56,439 bases of DNA from the NCBI GenBank assembly GCA_013166775.1, contig JABLTJ010000022.1, positions 1 through 56,439 on the forward strand, given 5' to 3'. Both the position numbers and the translations under genes were made by a program. The notes under the pieces were generated by a model. That model was not told the origin of the DNA. It ran no database searches and saw only the letters and a program-made list of their open reading frames with translations. Of the stretch, positions 9,869-18,793 are shown piece by piece. Source of the DNA: Promethearchaeati archaeon (lineage in GTDB: Archaea > Asgardarchaeota > Heimdallarchaeia > Heimdallarchaeales > Heimdallarchaeaceae). Numbering within the stretch: position 1 is the first letter of the stretch; every line of letters starts with the position of its first letter.

Positions 9869-10762
9869 ATGGGTACTGAACCTCAAATACTAATCAAAGG
9901 AAAACCTGATCAACTTTTTTCTAGAGGTTTACTAGCTAAGAAATTGGAACTAATAGGTTTTAGTCTCTCTGATGGTTACGAGTTTTCAATACAGGTTCAT
10001 AATGAATTGATAAAACTAAAAAAGAAAGTAATCACTAAAAAACAATTGGATGAAATTGTAAGTGATCTCTTGAATCAGAACTACACTAATAGACTTGCTG
10101 GACAATACAAAAAAATAGAAAATTGGCGAGAATCAGAAATTCCATTGTGGATTTTAATCTCTGGCGCAATAGGTGTTGGAAAAAGTACAATCTCAAGACA
10201 AATAGCAGGAGATTTAGGAATTCAACATGTAGTGGGGACAGGAATTATTCGAGATGTTCTTCAAAAAGTCCTTTCAGCTGATATAATGCCTGAACTTCAT
10301 TCTTCTTCCTATAATGCTTTTCAAACATTAAGACCGATATACAGTAGCAGATTTGAGGAAGTTATATTAGGTTTCGAAAATCATTCAAAATTTGTTAATA
10401 TAGGAGTTGAGGCTGTTTTATCAAGAGCTGAGACTGAATCTGTATCGATTGTGGTCGAGGGTGAGCATCTTCTGCCTGCTTTTTATGAAGAAACTGTGCT
10501 GAAAAAACCTAATGTGCTCTACATTACCGTTGCTACTCCAGATGAATCATTACATAAAGAAAATATAAGTGCTCAATATACAAAAGAAAAAGAAGAATTG
10601 CTTAACCATTTTAAGCAAATTAGGAAAATACATGACCATCTAGTTAACGAAGCCAAAATACGTAAGCTCAATTTAGTTTTATCTGAAAGAGGAAAGAAAC
10701 CCATAGGAAGAGTAAGACAATTGGTTGTGGAAAAAATAACTTCCTTAATTGCATATGAATAG
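9869..10762 (+). CDS. 2-phosphoglycerate kinase family protein, second paralog
   Basis: FSRGLLAKKL, ISGAIGVGKST, VGTGIIRDVL, PELHSSSYNA, VVEGEHLLP. Confidence 0.85.
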   Translation: MGTEPQILIKGKPDQLFSRGLLAKKLELIGFSLSDGYEFSIQVHNELIKLKKKVITKKQLDEIVSDLLNQNYTNRLAGQYKKIENWRESEIPLWILISGAIGVGKSTISRQIAGDLGIQHVVGTGIIRDVLQKVLSADIMPELHSSSYNAFQTLRPIYSSRFEEVILGFENHSKFVNIGVEAVLSRAETESVSIVVEGEHLLPAFYEETVLKKPNVLYITVATPDESLHKENISAQYTKEKEELLNHFKQIRKIHDHLVNEAKIRKLNLVLSERGKKPIGRVRQLVVEKITSLIAYE

Positions 10763-10840
10763 CAATTCTTTAAAATTGTAACAAGAATCAATCACAGCCA
10801 ATGATGTAGTTGCAACGATCTGAATTTTGATGATCGACTT

Positions 10841-11146
10841 TTGGCTGAGGCACCATATGTGGTTGATATGACTAAATACTGTTATATTCACAGAACTAAG
10901 GAATCTTTCAAGGAGTGCGAGAATTGCGGAAATAACATATGCCATGATTGCTCTAAAAAATATTGGCATACTAATGCTATTTCAGCTATGTTCTCTCCTC
11001 AGAAACAGAAACAACAGGAAATGATTTATTGTCCAAGTTGTCTTAAAAGAGCTAAAATCAGGAATATGATAATTACAAGTTTTCTACTTGTAGTAATCTT
11101 AGGTATAATAATATCTACAATTATGTTAGCTAGAATGGGATTTTAA
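10841..11146 (+). CDS. Small B-box-like zinc-finger protein with C-terminal TM helix
   Basis: CYIH...CENC...ICHDC...YCPSC, then hydrophobic tail MIITSFLLVVILGIIISTIML. Confidence 0.7.
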   Translation: MAEAPYVVDMTKYCYIHRTKESFKECENCGNNICHDCSKKYWHTNAISAMFSPQKQKQQEMIYCPSCLKRAKIRNMIITSFLLVVILGIIISTIMLARMGF

Positions 11147-11188
11147 AACTAATAGACCTAATACTTCTGACTTGTATTAGTTATCTAA

Positions 11189-12103
11189 TTATGATGTTGA
11201 TTTTTCTTCTTCTTGTTCTTCTTCTAAATCTTCAGAATCGTCTACAATTTCATATTCTGCATCTATCATTTTGATTTCCTTTTCAAAATCTGCATTGCAG
11301 ATTGGACATTCTGTAAGATTGCTGGAAATTAACGAACCACAAGAGAAACATGTGATAGGGAAAAACTCATCTTCTGACCAGTCGTATGTATATGGTTTTT
11401 TACCCCAAGTTCTTGCTCTCCATTTTTCTAAATCTACTTCTCCATCTTCTCTAAGAAATTCTTTAAGATCAACATCAGACATATGTATCATACGTTTTCT
11501 TTGATAATATTGGTAAATTGTTAAAATTGATGGAAAAATAATGATATGGGTAATCAGAAAGACTGTATATAGAATACCTAACGACTGTTGGAGACCACTT
11601 AGAATAAAGGAAATAATTAATACGAAAATAAGAGAACAAATACCCGCAGTAATAATTTCTGCAATTATGAATGATATTATTGAAAATCCTGCTATTTTTA
11701 AAATATCAAAAAATACTTGTTTTGAGTTCTCAAATTTGGTAAACCCTTTAAAATCTAATTTCAAATACTCAATATAAGTTCTAAACGAACCTATTCGAGT
11801 TTTTGTTATTAAAAATGTTAATGGGATAATAACCACTAAAGAGAATAGGAAGATTAAGAAAATAAACCACCATCGATTTGCAATGAAACCTAGAAAATCA
11901 ACGATACCACTCCTATATCCAAGAAAGGTCAAATCGTATTCTCTTAAGATAGGATATGTTCCGCCAGATATACCAAAAATGAACAATAAGAAATAAAAGA
12001 AAATCATGATTGTTGCAATTACATCAGCAAAATCCTGATTTTTTTTTCGCATTCTTATTTTTTGAGAATCCCATAAATAGACAGCTTCGATGATAGAAGG
12101 CAT
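11189..12103 (-). CDS. Multi-pass membrane protein with C-terminal zinc ribbon
   Basis: About 4 hydrophobic helices, CFSC...CPIC, acidic tail. Confidence 0.7.
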   Translation of the reverse strand: MPSIIEAVYLWDSQKIRMRKKNQDFADVIATIMIFFYFLLFIFGISGGTYPILREYDLTFLGYRSGIVDFLGFIANRWWFIFLIFLFSLVVIIPLTFLITKTRIGSFRTYIEYLKLDFKGFTKFENSKQVFFDILKIAGFSIISFIIAEIITAGICSLIFVLIISFILSGLQQSLGILYTVFLITHIIIFPSILTIYQYYQRKRMIHMSDVDLKEFLREDGEVDLEKWRARTWGKKPYTYDWSEDEFFPITCFSCGSLISSNLTECPICNADFEKEIKMIDAEYEIVDDSEDLEEEQEEEKSTS

Positions 12104-12184
12104 TTAGCATTTATAGGATTTATAATATAATAAACCTTATCTAAATAGTTCTGAAAAAAGGGTTTTTATACAAACTTTACGACA

Positions 12185-13192
12185 TTGTTTCATCAAATGA
12201 TCTCTCTAGGAATCGAATGCTCTGCAGATAAATTGGGTATTGGGATTGTAGATGTAAACGGAAATATTTTAGCAAACATTAGAAAAACCTACAAACCTCC
12301 ACATGGTAGTGGAATCCATCCAAGAGAAGCTTCAGAATTTCATTCAAACAATATGTCACAAGCAATTGATGATGCGTTCAAACAGGCATCAATTAAACCA
12401 AGAACGATTGATCTTGTTTCATTTACAAAAGGACCCGGTTTAGGACCCTGTTTACGTGTAGGCGCAGTAACTGCAAGAACTCTTTCACTTGCTCTAAACA
12501 AACCGTTAATGGCTGTAAACCATCCAATTGCCCATGTAGAAATTGGGAGGTTAGTTGGAGAGCTAAATGATCCAGTCGTACTTTATGTAAGTGGAGGAAA
12601 TACACAAATTATTGCTTTTTCAGAAGGAAGATATCGTGTTTTTGGAGAAACGATCGATATTCCTATTGGAAACTGTTTAGATGTTTTCGGACGTAATGTT
12701 GGATTAAGTGACCAACAAATGCCTATGGGAAGAGTGATTGAGCTTAAAGCAAAAGAAGGTAAAAATTATATCTCGTTTCCATACGTAATAAAAGGAATGG
12801 ATGTTTCCTTTTCAGGGATTTTAACCCATGCAACTCGATTATATGAAAGCAATAAATACTCAATTGAAGATTTATCTTACAGTTTGCAAGAAACTGTTTT
12901 TTCTATGCTAGTAGAAGTGACTGAAAGAGCTCTTGCTCATACAAAGAAATCTGAAGTTTTGGTAACTGGTGGTGTAGCATCAAACAAACGCTTAAAGGAG
13001 ATGTTAAACGAAATGACATCATCTCATGGAGCTATTTTTAGTGGTTTAGATGCTGATTTAGCTTTAGATAATGGAGCAATGATAGCTTGGTTGGGTTTGA
13101 TTATGAAAGGAGCAGGAGATAAGACAGATTTTGAAGATACTTTAGTTGATCAACACTTCCGTCCTGAAGAAGTCGAAGTAACCTGGAGATAA
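12185..13192 (+). CDS. kae1: KEOPS N6-threonylcarbamoyltransferase Kae1/TsaD
   Basis: LGIECSAD, GIHPREA, GPGLGPCL, VNHPIAHVEIG, YVSGGNTQ, FGETIDIPIGN, DNGAMIAW. Confidence 0.97.
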   Translation: MFHQMISLGIECSADKLGIGIVDVNGNILANIRKTYKPPHGSGIHPREASEFHSNNMSQAIDDAFKQASIKPRTIDLVSFTKGPGLGPCLRVGAVTARTLSLALNKPLMAVNHPIAHVEIGRLVGELNDPVVLYVSGGNTQIIAFSEGRYRVFGETIDIPIGNCLDVFGRNVGLSDQQMPMGRVIELKAKEGKNYISFPYVIKGMDVSFSGILTHATRLYESNKYSIEDLSYSLQETVFSMLVEVTERALAHTKKSEVLVTGGVASNKRLKEMLNEMTSSHGAIFSGLDADLALDNGAMIAWLGLIMKGAGDKTDFEDTLVDQHFRPEEVEVTWR

Positions 13193-13197
13193 TTAAC

Positions 13198-14517
13198 TTG
13201 AAGAATAGTTCTAAAGCTTTAATCTTTGATTTCAGCAAGAAGAATTTTTACAGTCTCACTCCCTTGATATCCACGATTGATAATGATGAAAATTTGAGCG
13301 ATCTAGATGTAATCTTAGCAGAGGAGCTAGATGTAAATGTCATCAAAAAAGAATTGAAGAAACATGATGAAATCATAATAGGAACTTCTTTTCGAACTGC
13401 TCAACTTCCTGAAATATATGAGAGAATGAAAATAATTTATTCGAATCTCAAAACTACTGATTTGGAGAAAATAACATTTATTGCAGGTGGAAGCCATCCT
13501 TCAGGGGATCCATTAAGCACATTGAAAATCGGTTTTGATGCAGCTTTTATCGGTGAAGCTGAATCCTCATTATCCTCTTTTCTGGATGCATTTTTACAAC
13601 AAGGGGCAATATTCTCTACACCAGGTATAGCATATTTAGACGATAAAACTGATGAACTAAAGATAAATCCAAGACCCCCTGCAATAGTTTTAGATGAGTA
13701 TCCATTTATTTCTGCAAAAAGAGGACTTTACCCCCCATTAGAGATTTCAAGAGGGTGTGCTTTTGGATGTACTTTCTGCCAAGTGCCAAATTTATTCCAT
13801 CGGCAAGTACGTCATCGTTCTCCAGATGTTATAATTGATGCCATAAAATGGATGCTCCCCAGAAGATTGAATGATATTCGATTCATAACTCCTAACTCCT
13901 TTGGTTATATGTCATCAAAGTCGAAATATGTTAATGAGGAAGCAATCCTATATCTTCTTGCTTCAATAAGATCAATGGATGGTATCAGAGATGTATTCTT
14001 TGGAACTTTTCCAGGGGAAGTAAGACCTGAAACCGTTAGTGAAGATTTTATGAATAATATCAAGCCATATCTATCAAATAGGAGAATCTCTGTTGGACTT
14101 CAATCTGGTAGTGATAAAGTGCTCAAAGAAATACGCAGAGGACATTCAGTTAAAGATGGTCTAGAGGCTATTAATATTCTCCTATCCACCGGTTTCACTC
14201 CTGTTGTTGATATTATAATAGGGATACCAGCTGCAAGTGAAGAAGATGAGCACTTAACAATGGAATTGATGAATAATTTCATTGAAGAAGATGTTGTATT
14301 CAGAGCTCATGCGTTTATGCCTTTACCAGGAACTGCTCTTGAGAAAACTGAATATTCTCCAGTCTCTTCAAAAATTAAAAAAACATTGGGGAGATTAAGC
14401 TCACAAGGAAAAATAGAAGGAAGTTGGTCTCAACAGGAGATATATGCACAAAATACGTGGAATACGATTAAAAGAATATATGATTTGCCCCCTATTCAGA
14501 GAGAAGATATTCATTAA
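13198..14517 (+). CDS. B12-binding domain / radical SAM protein (TIGR04013, MJ0865-like)
   Basis: AGGSHPSGDP and IGEAE in an N-terminal cobalamin-binding-type domain; EISRGCAFGCTFC (CxxxCxxC); RFITPNSFGY, GTFPGEVRPE, QSGSD, HAFMPLPGT. Confidence 0.88.
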   Translation: MKNSSKALIFDFSKKNFYSLTPLISTIDNDENLSDLDVILAEELDVNVIKKELKKHDEIIIGTSFRTAQLPEIYERMKIIYSNLKTTDLEKITFIAGGSHPSGDPLSTLKIGFDAAFIGEAESSLSSFLDAFLQQGAIFSTPGIAYLDDKTDELKINPRPPAIVLDEYPFISAKRGLYPPLEISRGCAFGCTFCQVPNLFHRQVRHRSPDVIIDAIKWMLPRRLNDIRFITPNSFGYMSSKSKYVNEEAILYLLASIRSMDGIRDVFFGTFPGEVRPETVSEDFMNNIKPYLSNRRISVGLQSGSDKVLKEIRRGHSVKDGLEAINILLSTGFTPVVDIIIGIPAASEEDEHLTMELMNNFIEEDVVFRAHAFMPLPGTALEKTEYSPVSSKIKKTLGRLSSQGKIEGSWSQQEIYAQNTWNTIKRIYDLPPIQREDIH

Positions 14518-15187
14518 CAAGTGCTTCTTCTTTTAAGTGTCTCCCACGAGCTTCGACTTTTACTGCTCTTTTCAGAACACTTTTCGCATTTTTCATAGTA
14601 ATGTAATATCCCTTTTGAAAAGACTCAAACAATTCTTTGCTGATTTCAGTGTGTGTGCTTATGAAGCATTTTTTTAGGAGTAAAATATCTACTGCTTTAT
14701 CTTCGACAGCACTAGAAAATTTTCCTAATCCAAAATCTATGAAAATAATTTTTTTCTTAGTATCACTCACTATGTTGCTTGTGGTCAAATCACCATGGAT
14801 TATATCATTTGAATGAAGTTTTCCTACTTGCTGTCCTATTTTATAAACTAATTCTTGTTTTTCTTTGATAGCAATCTGCTGTTTTAAGATTTTTTTAAAT
14901 AGTTCTCCCTCAATTTCCTCCATTATTATTGTTGTATTTGGAATATCAATTTCATATATGTAAGGTGTTCTCACACCTAATTTTTTAGCTTCAATTATTA
15001 AACGAGATTCAGAGATTGTTCTACTGTTTCTTAGTTCTTGATCAATTTGAGGTATCCTATATTTCTTAGGCTTTCTTATTTTCTTAATAACATTGAATCC
15101 TAACCAGTTGTCCTTTACAAGAATAGCTTCGGCTCCCCATTCTTCTGCTTTTGAATTGCTATCATCTGTTTTTATTCTCTTATGCAA
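14492..15187 (-). CDS. bud32: KEOPS kinase/ATPase Bud32
   Basis: GAEA, KIRKPKKYR..ID..LR..RT..E, IIHGDLTTSN, FIDFGLG, EDKAVD, C-terminal RGR. Overlaps the radical SAM 3' end by 26 bp. Confidence 0.95.
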   Translation of the reverse strand: MHKRIKTDDSNSKAEEWGAEAILVKDNWLGFNVIKKIRKPKKYRIPQIDQELRNSRTISESRLIIEAKKLGVRTPYIYEIDIPNTTIIMEEIEGELFKKILKQQIAIKEKQELVYKIGQQVGKLHSNDIIHGDLTTSNIVSDTKKKIIFIDFGLGKFSSAVEDKAVDILLLKKCFISTHTEISKELFESFQKGYYITMKNAKSVLKRAVKVEARGRHLKEEALVNEYLLSE

Positions 15188-16220
15188 TTTTCATCCTCTC
15201 TAGTTTTTTCAATGCGATTATAACTTGATCACCCTTTGGTTTGTCAAGAATTTCTCCATCTAGTTTAACAATTCCTTTTTCTTCAATTACTGAACCAACA
15301 ACATCAAACGGTATTTTTAGATTAAGAAGAAAAACTTCCAATTCTTTTATCTTTGCTTCATCGATACAAATAACTAAAACTCCAGAAGATATGATTCTGT
15401 AAGGATTGAAATCTAGCCATAAGGCAAGTTTTTGCAAAATAAGAGAAATTGAAGGTTTCTTATCCAATTCTATCCCGAATTTCCTATAGGCAACAATCTC
15501 TGTCAATGAACCATAAATTCCCCCTTCTGTTGCATCGTGAATAAGAGAAGGCTTGAATTTTTTATTAATCTCAAGAGCTAGTTCCGCAACACAAAGAAGT
15601 TTCCCCATCTTACTCCCCTGCTTAATCTCTTCTTCAGATAAAACATCTTGAATTATCTTTCCTGATTCAGCTAATATTATTCCAATCCCTTCAGCACCTA
15701 TTTGTCCTACTACAACTATTTTCTCTTTTATTTTCAACTTGTTTGGAACCGCAAAATCAGATGGTACAAATCCTAACATATGACCGGAAACTACACAAGT
15801 TCTAACTGCATCCGAGATTTCAGTATGCCCTCCTAAGACACTTATTTCCAAATCGTAACACTGTTCATGAATCTGTTTTTGAATATCCGAGATTCTATCA
15901 AAAGATGTTCCTGGAGGAACTATGATTGTTGATAAAAATCCATAAGGCTTAGCTCCTGAGCATGCAATATCATTAGCATTTACAATCACTGCATATTTAC
16001 CTGGTTTTGGAGTAGGGAATGTTATAGGATCTGATTTTTCTACTAAAAGCACTTCCGAATCTGAATTGTAAAATTCTTTTACTTTCATCTTTGCTTTTTC
16101 TAAATCTATAACAGCTGCATCTCCTCCAACCTCCCCTGATAAAACGATACCTTCATTTTCAAATCCTTTGAGTTGTAATATTTTTTCAAGTTGTGAAATT
16201 GGTAGCTTTCCTTCTTCCAT
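15180..16220 (-). CDS. AIR synthase (PurM-like) family protein
   Basis: GGDAAV, SDPIT, VNANDIACSGAKP, GGHTE, HDATEGGI. Overlaps the bud32 start by 8 bp. Confidence 0.85.
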   Translation of the reverse strand: MEEGKLPISQLEKILQLKGFENEGIVLSGEVGGDAAVIDLEKAKMKVKEFYNSDSEVLLVEKSDPITFPTPKPGKYAVIVNANDIACSGAKPYGFLSTIIVPPGTSFDRISDIQKQIHEQCYDLEISVLGGHTEISDAVRTCVVSGHMLGFVPSDFAVPNKLKIKEKIVVVGQIGAEGIGIILAESGKIIQDVLSEEEIKQGSKMGKLLCVAELALEINKKFKPSLIHDATEGGIYGSLTEIVAYRKFGIELDKKPSISLILQKLALWLDFNPYRIISSGVLVICIDEAKIKELEVFLLNLKIPFDVVGSVIEEKGIVKLDGEILDKPKGDQVIIALKKLERMKIA

Positions 16221-16297
16221 TATATGTTCTAAGAAAATAAATTTCTAAAAGTTTTCTGCTAATGTATCGCTTTTTAATAGAAGATAGGGAAGTAGCA

Positions 16298-17281
16298 TTA
16301 GAATCCCATTGTATTCAAAATGTGTTTTACTATCTTGAATTTATATCCTACATTAATAACATCGTTAACATTAGTAGTCATACCAATCAATAATTTACCT
16401 TCAGAACAATCCTCAACTATAATTTGCACTACTTCAGCGTTCAGTGCTTTTATTTCGTCTTCCGATCTAATCATCTCATAGATAACTCGTGGAAAATTGG
16501 TTATTGTTTCTAGAACATAGATAATCTTTCTCTCTTCAAGATTTCCTGCGTACAGCTCTCCCATTACTCCGTCTTCCTTTGGAAAAATATATGCGGAAGC
16601 AGAGGCTGCTTTACATCCCCTTATCGAAGAGAATAATAATGAAGTGATTGCTCTCTTATTTGCTTCATCAAGTATTTCCTGTGTCATCTCACTTGTAGGT
16701 ATTTTGGGTACTGTTTCAAACGGTCTTATTCTCTCATATGTTTCTAATCTGGCTTCCATTCTTTCTTGTTCTACTGTCTTTATCGTAGGAACAATCTCTT
16801 GTTCTTCAATCCCTCCAGTTGGAACAATCTCTTGGTCTAATTTCTCGATACCAATACGTGTAAAGACTTTATTCAACTCTTCCCTATAAGTAGCAACATT
16901 CTGGATTTTCTTTATAACGGTTTTTGTTAGATTGGAAGGAGTATCGTGAATTAAAGCATTTAGAATTGTAGATCCTAGTAATTTCACATATTCCAGAATT
17001 CTAGGTCTAATTTCTGCACCTATATTTTCAACTCGTGAAACAAATAAGATAGTTACATCAAAAAATGTGATATAAGTTGCCCTGTACTTTCCTCGAAATA
17101 TGGTGATTTCATTATACCTTCTTACCCATTGATAGAATTCAATAGGTTGGATGAAATATCTATGAACCTCTTCTTTTTCAAATTCATTAATAATTTGCTC
17201 TAATTCAAAAATATTAATACCTTCTAAATTATAAACAATTACTGCAACTAAAGGACTAATATCAATTTTAGGGAAAGGCAT
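16298..17281 (-). CDS. Hypothetical protein: longin-like N-domain + roadblock-like C-domain (paralog A)
   Basis: The C-terminal ~115 aa align by eye with the 17479 and 18794 proteins. The N-terminus VAVIVYNLEGINIF has a longin-like beta-hairpin pattern. Confidence 0.6.
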   Translation of the reverse strand: MPFPKIDISPLVAVIVYNLEGINIFELEQIINEFEKEEVHRYFIQPIEFYQWVRRYNEITIFRGKYRATYITFFDVTILFVSRVENIGAEIRPRILEYVKLLGSTILNALIHDTPSNLTKTVIKKIQNVATYREELNKVFTRIGIEKLDQEIVPTGGIEEQEIVPTIKTVEQERMEARLETYERIRPFETVPKIPTSEMTQEILDEANKRAITSLLFSSIRGCKAASASAYIFPKEDGVMGELYAGNLEERKIIYVLETITNFPRVIYEMIRSEDEIKALNAEVVQIIVEDCSEGKLLIGMTTNVNDVINVGYKFKIVKHILNTMGF

Positions 17282-17478
17282 AAGACCTCAACTAGAAATT
17301 ACTAGGTATTTTTTGCTAATAAATGTTGTTGGACATCACTTTATATTTAATTTTTAAAATAGAAGTGAAAAAAACACCTTTCCTTTGGCTTTTTATCTCT
17401 CTATTTCATTATTTTAATGTACGAATACAAAGGAAATATTTTTAGATTTTAGTGATATAATCAGTTTGAGGATAAATA

Positions 17479-18060
17479 ATGAGCTCAAAGAAGAAATCAG
17501 ATGAATCTCTATCAAGCAATATTATTACAAGAAAAAGAAAAGTTCCTAAAAAAGATCTTTTTGTTGAAATGGAAGAAACTGCATATGAGACACTAAACAT
17601 CTCCAAAAGAAAAATACAAACTGGTCAGTATCTAAAAGAATTCCTAAAAGAAACTTCTTCAGCTGAAGCTGTTATAGAAGCTATACGCGTTACCATAGAC
17701 GCCCTTCTAGATAGTATAGCATCTGATTTGAGATCTTTATCAGCTGCCGCCTTAGTTCCACACCCCGAAAGCACAGAAACCAAAGCTATTGTCAGAGGTC
17801 CTTTAAGCAGAGACATTGTCAAAAAAATTCTAGGGATTTTTAGAAAATATCCTCCTGTTATAAACGATTTACTGGGATCAGACGAAGAAGTAAAATTTCT
17901 AGATACTGGTATTGGGTATGTAGTTCTGGAAAACTGCCAGAAAGACAATTTTCTTGTCGGGATAGTACAAAAACAAAAAGATGTGGATGAGCTCTCAAGA
18001 AAATTGAGGCATGTACAAAATGTTGTTGTAGATAATACTCTTCTAATCGAAGAATTGTAA
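17479..18060 (+). CDS. Hypothetical protein with roadblock-like domain (paralog B)
   Basis: IDALLDSI...ILGIFRKYPPVINDLLGSDEEVKFLDTGIGYVVLE...FLVGI...ELSRKL. Confidence 0.6.
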   Translation: MSSKKKSDESLSSNIITRKRKVPKKDLFVEMEETAYETLNISKRKIQTGQYLKEFLKETSSAEAVIEAIRVTIDALLDSIASDLRSLSAAALVPHPESTETKAIVRGPLSRDIVKKILGIFRKYPPVINDLLGSDEEVKFLDTGIGYVVLENCQKDNFLVGIVQKQKDVDELSRKLRHVQNVVVDNTLLIEEL

Positions 18061-18075
18061 ATTAACTCATTTTTT

Positions 18076-18729
18076 CTATTGTTTCAGAGAAACTTTACAA
18101 TTCGGACAAATTTTCTCGTTTTTAGTAATTTCAGAGAAACAGTTCCAACAAATTGTTCCTGATAGCTCTTTTTTTGTATAGTCCAAAATCAAGTCTTTGA
18201 TTCTACCTATTAATTCCGAAGCTAGTTTTTTTTGATTTAATCTTCTTTTTACAGTCAAAGGATTGAGCGCTAAATAGAGTATATAAAAGAGGCCACCACA
18301 ACTGACCAATACTGTTCCAAACACTCTCAACATTAGTAATCTTTCCGAAACAATACCTATAACAATAATTGGTATTAGTATAGTCATTACTAAAAGAAGA
18401 ATTAACCATATACTATTTTTCAGTCTTAGAAATTTTTTATCCAACCATTTTCTAACTGATTCAGGAATTAGCACTATTTCTGATGATATTTCAATGTTCA
18501 CTAAATTAGATACCACATCATCCTCTATAGATATTATTTCTCTTTTAATGAATTTTCTTGATTTTAGCTGTAAAGCGTATTCATTGATTTCTTCAATTTC
18601 GTAATTTGTTTGCAGAAATTCCTGTTTGATAAAATCGAATAAAGCAGCAAGATTCTTCACTTTACTTTTAATATCACTTGATGCGAGGATATTTCTTTTT
18701 TTCATGCTATCTGATATTGTTATCACCAC
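18076..18729 (-). CDS. Two-TM membrane protein with C-terminal zinc ribbon
   Basis: Two hydrophobic helices; CWNC...CPNC at the C-terminus. Confidence 0.7.
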   Translation of the reverse strand: MVITISDSMKKRNILASSDIKSKVKNLAALFDFIKQEFLQTNYEIEEINEYALQLKSRKFIKREIISIEDDVVSNLVNIEISSEIVLIPESVRKWLDKKFLRLKNSIWLILLLVMTILIPIIVIGIVSERLLMLRVFGTVLVSCGGLFYILYLALNPLTVKRRLNQKKLASELIGRIKDLILDYTKKELSGTICWNCFSEITKNEKICPNCKVSLKQ

Positions 18730-18793
18730 TATTATTCTAAATAGATATGTATGAAATTTCAGTTTTTGGTTAAGAAATATAAGATCTGTCTAA

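Noticed and set aside
13198-14517. MtaB/MiaB methylthiotransferase making ms2t6A
   Set aside because: It lacks the N-terminal Cys-containing MTTase domain and the C-terminal TRAM domain, and has a B12-binding-type domain instead.
15180-16220. HypE or selenophosphate synthetase
   Set aside because: No C-terminal PRIC motif, no N-terminal Cys/Sec catalytic motif, and no hyp genes nearby.
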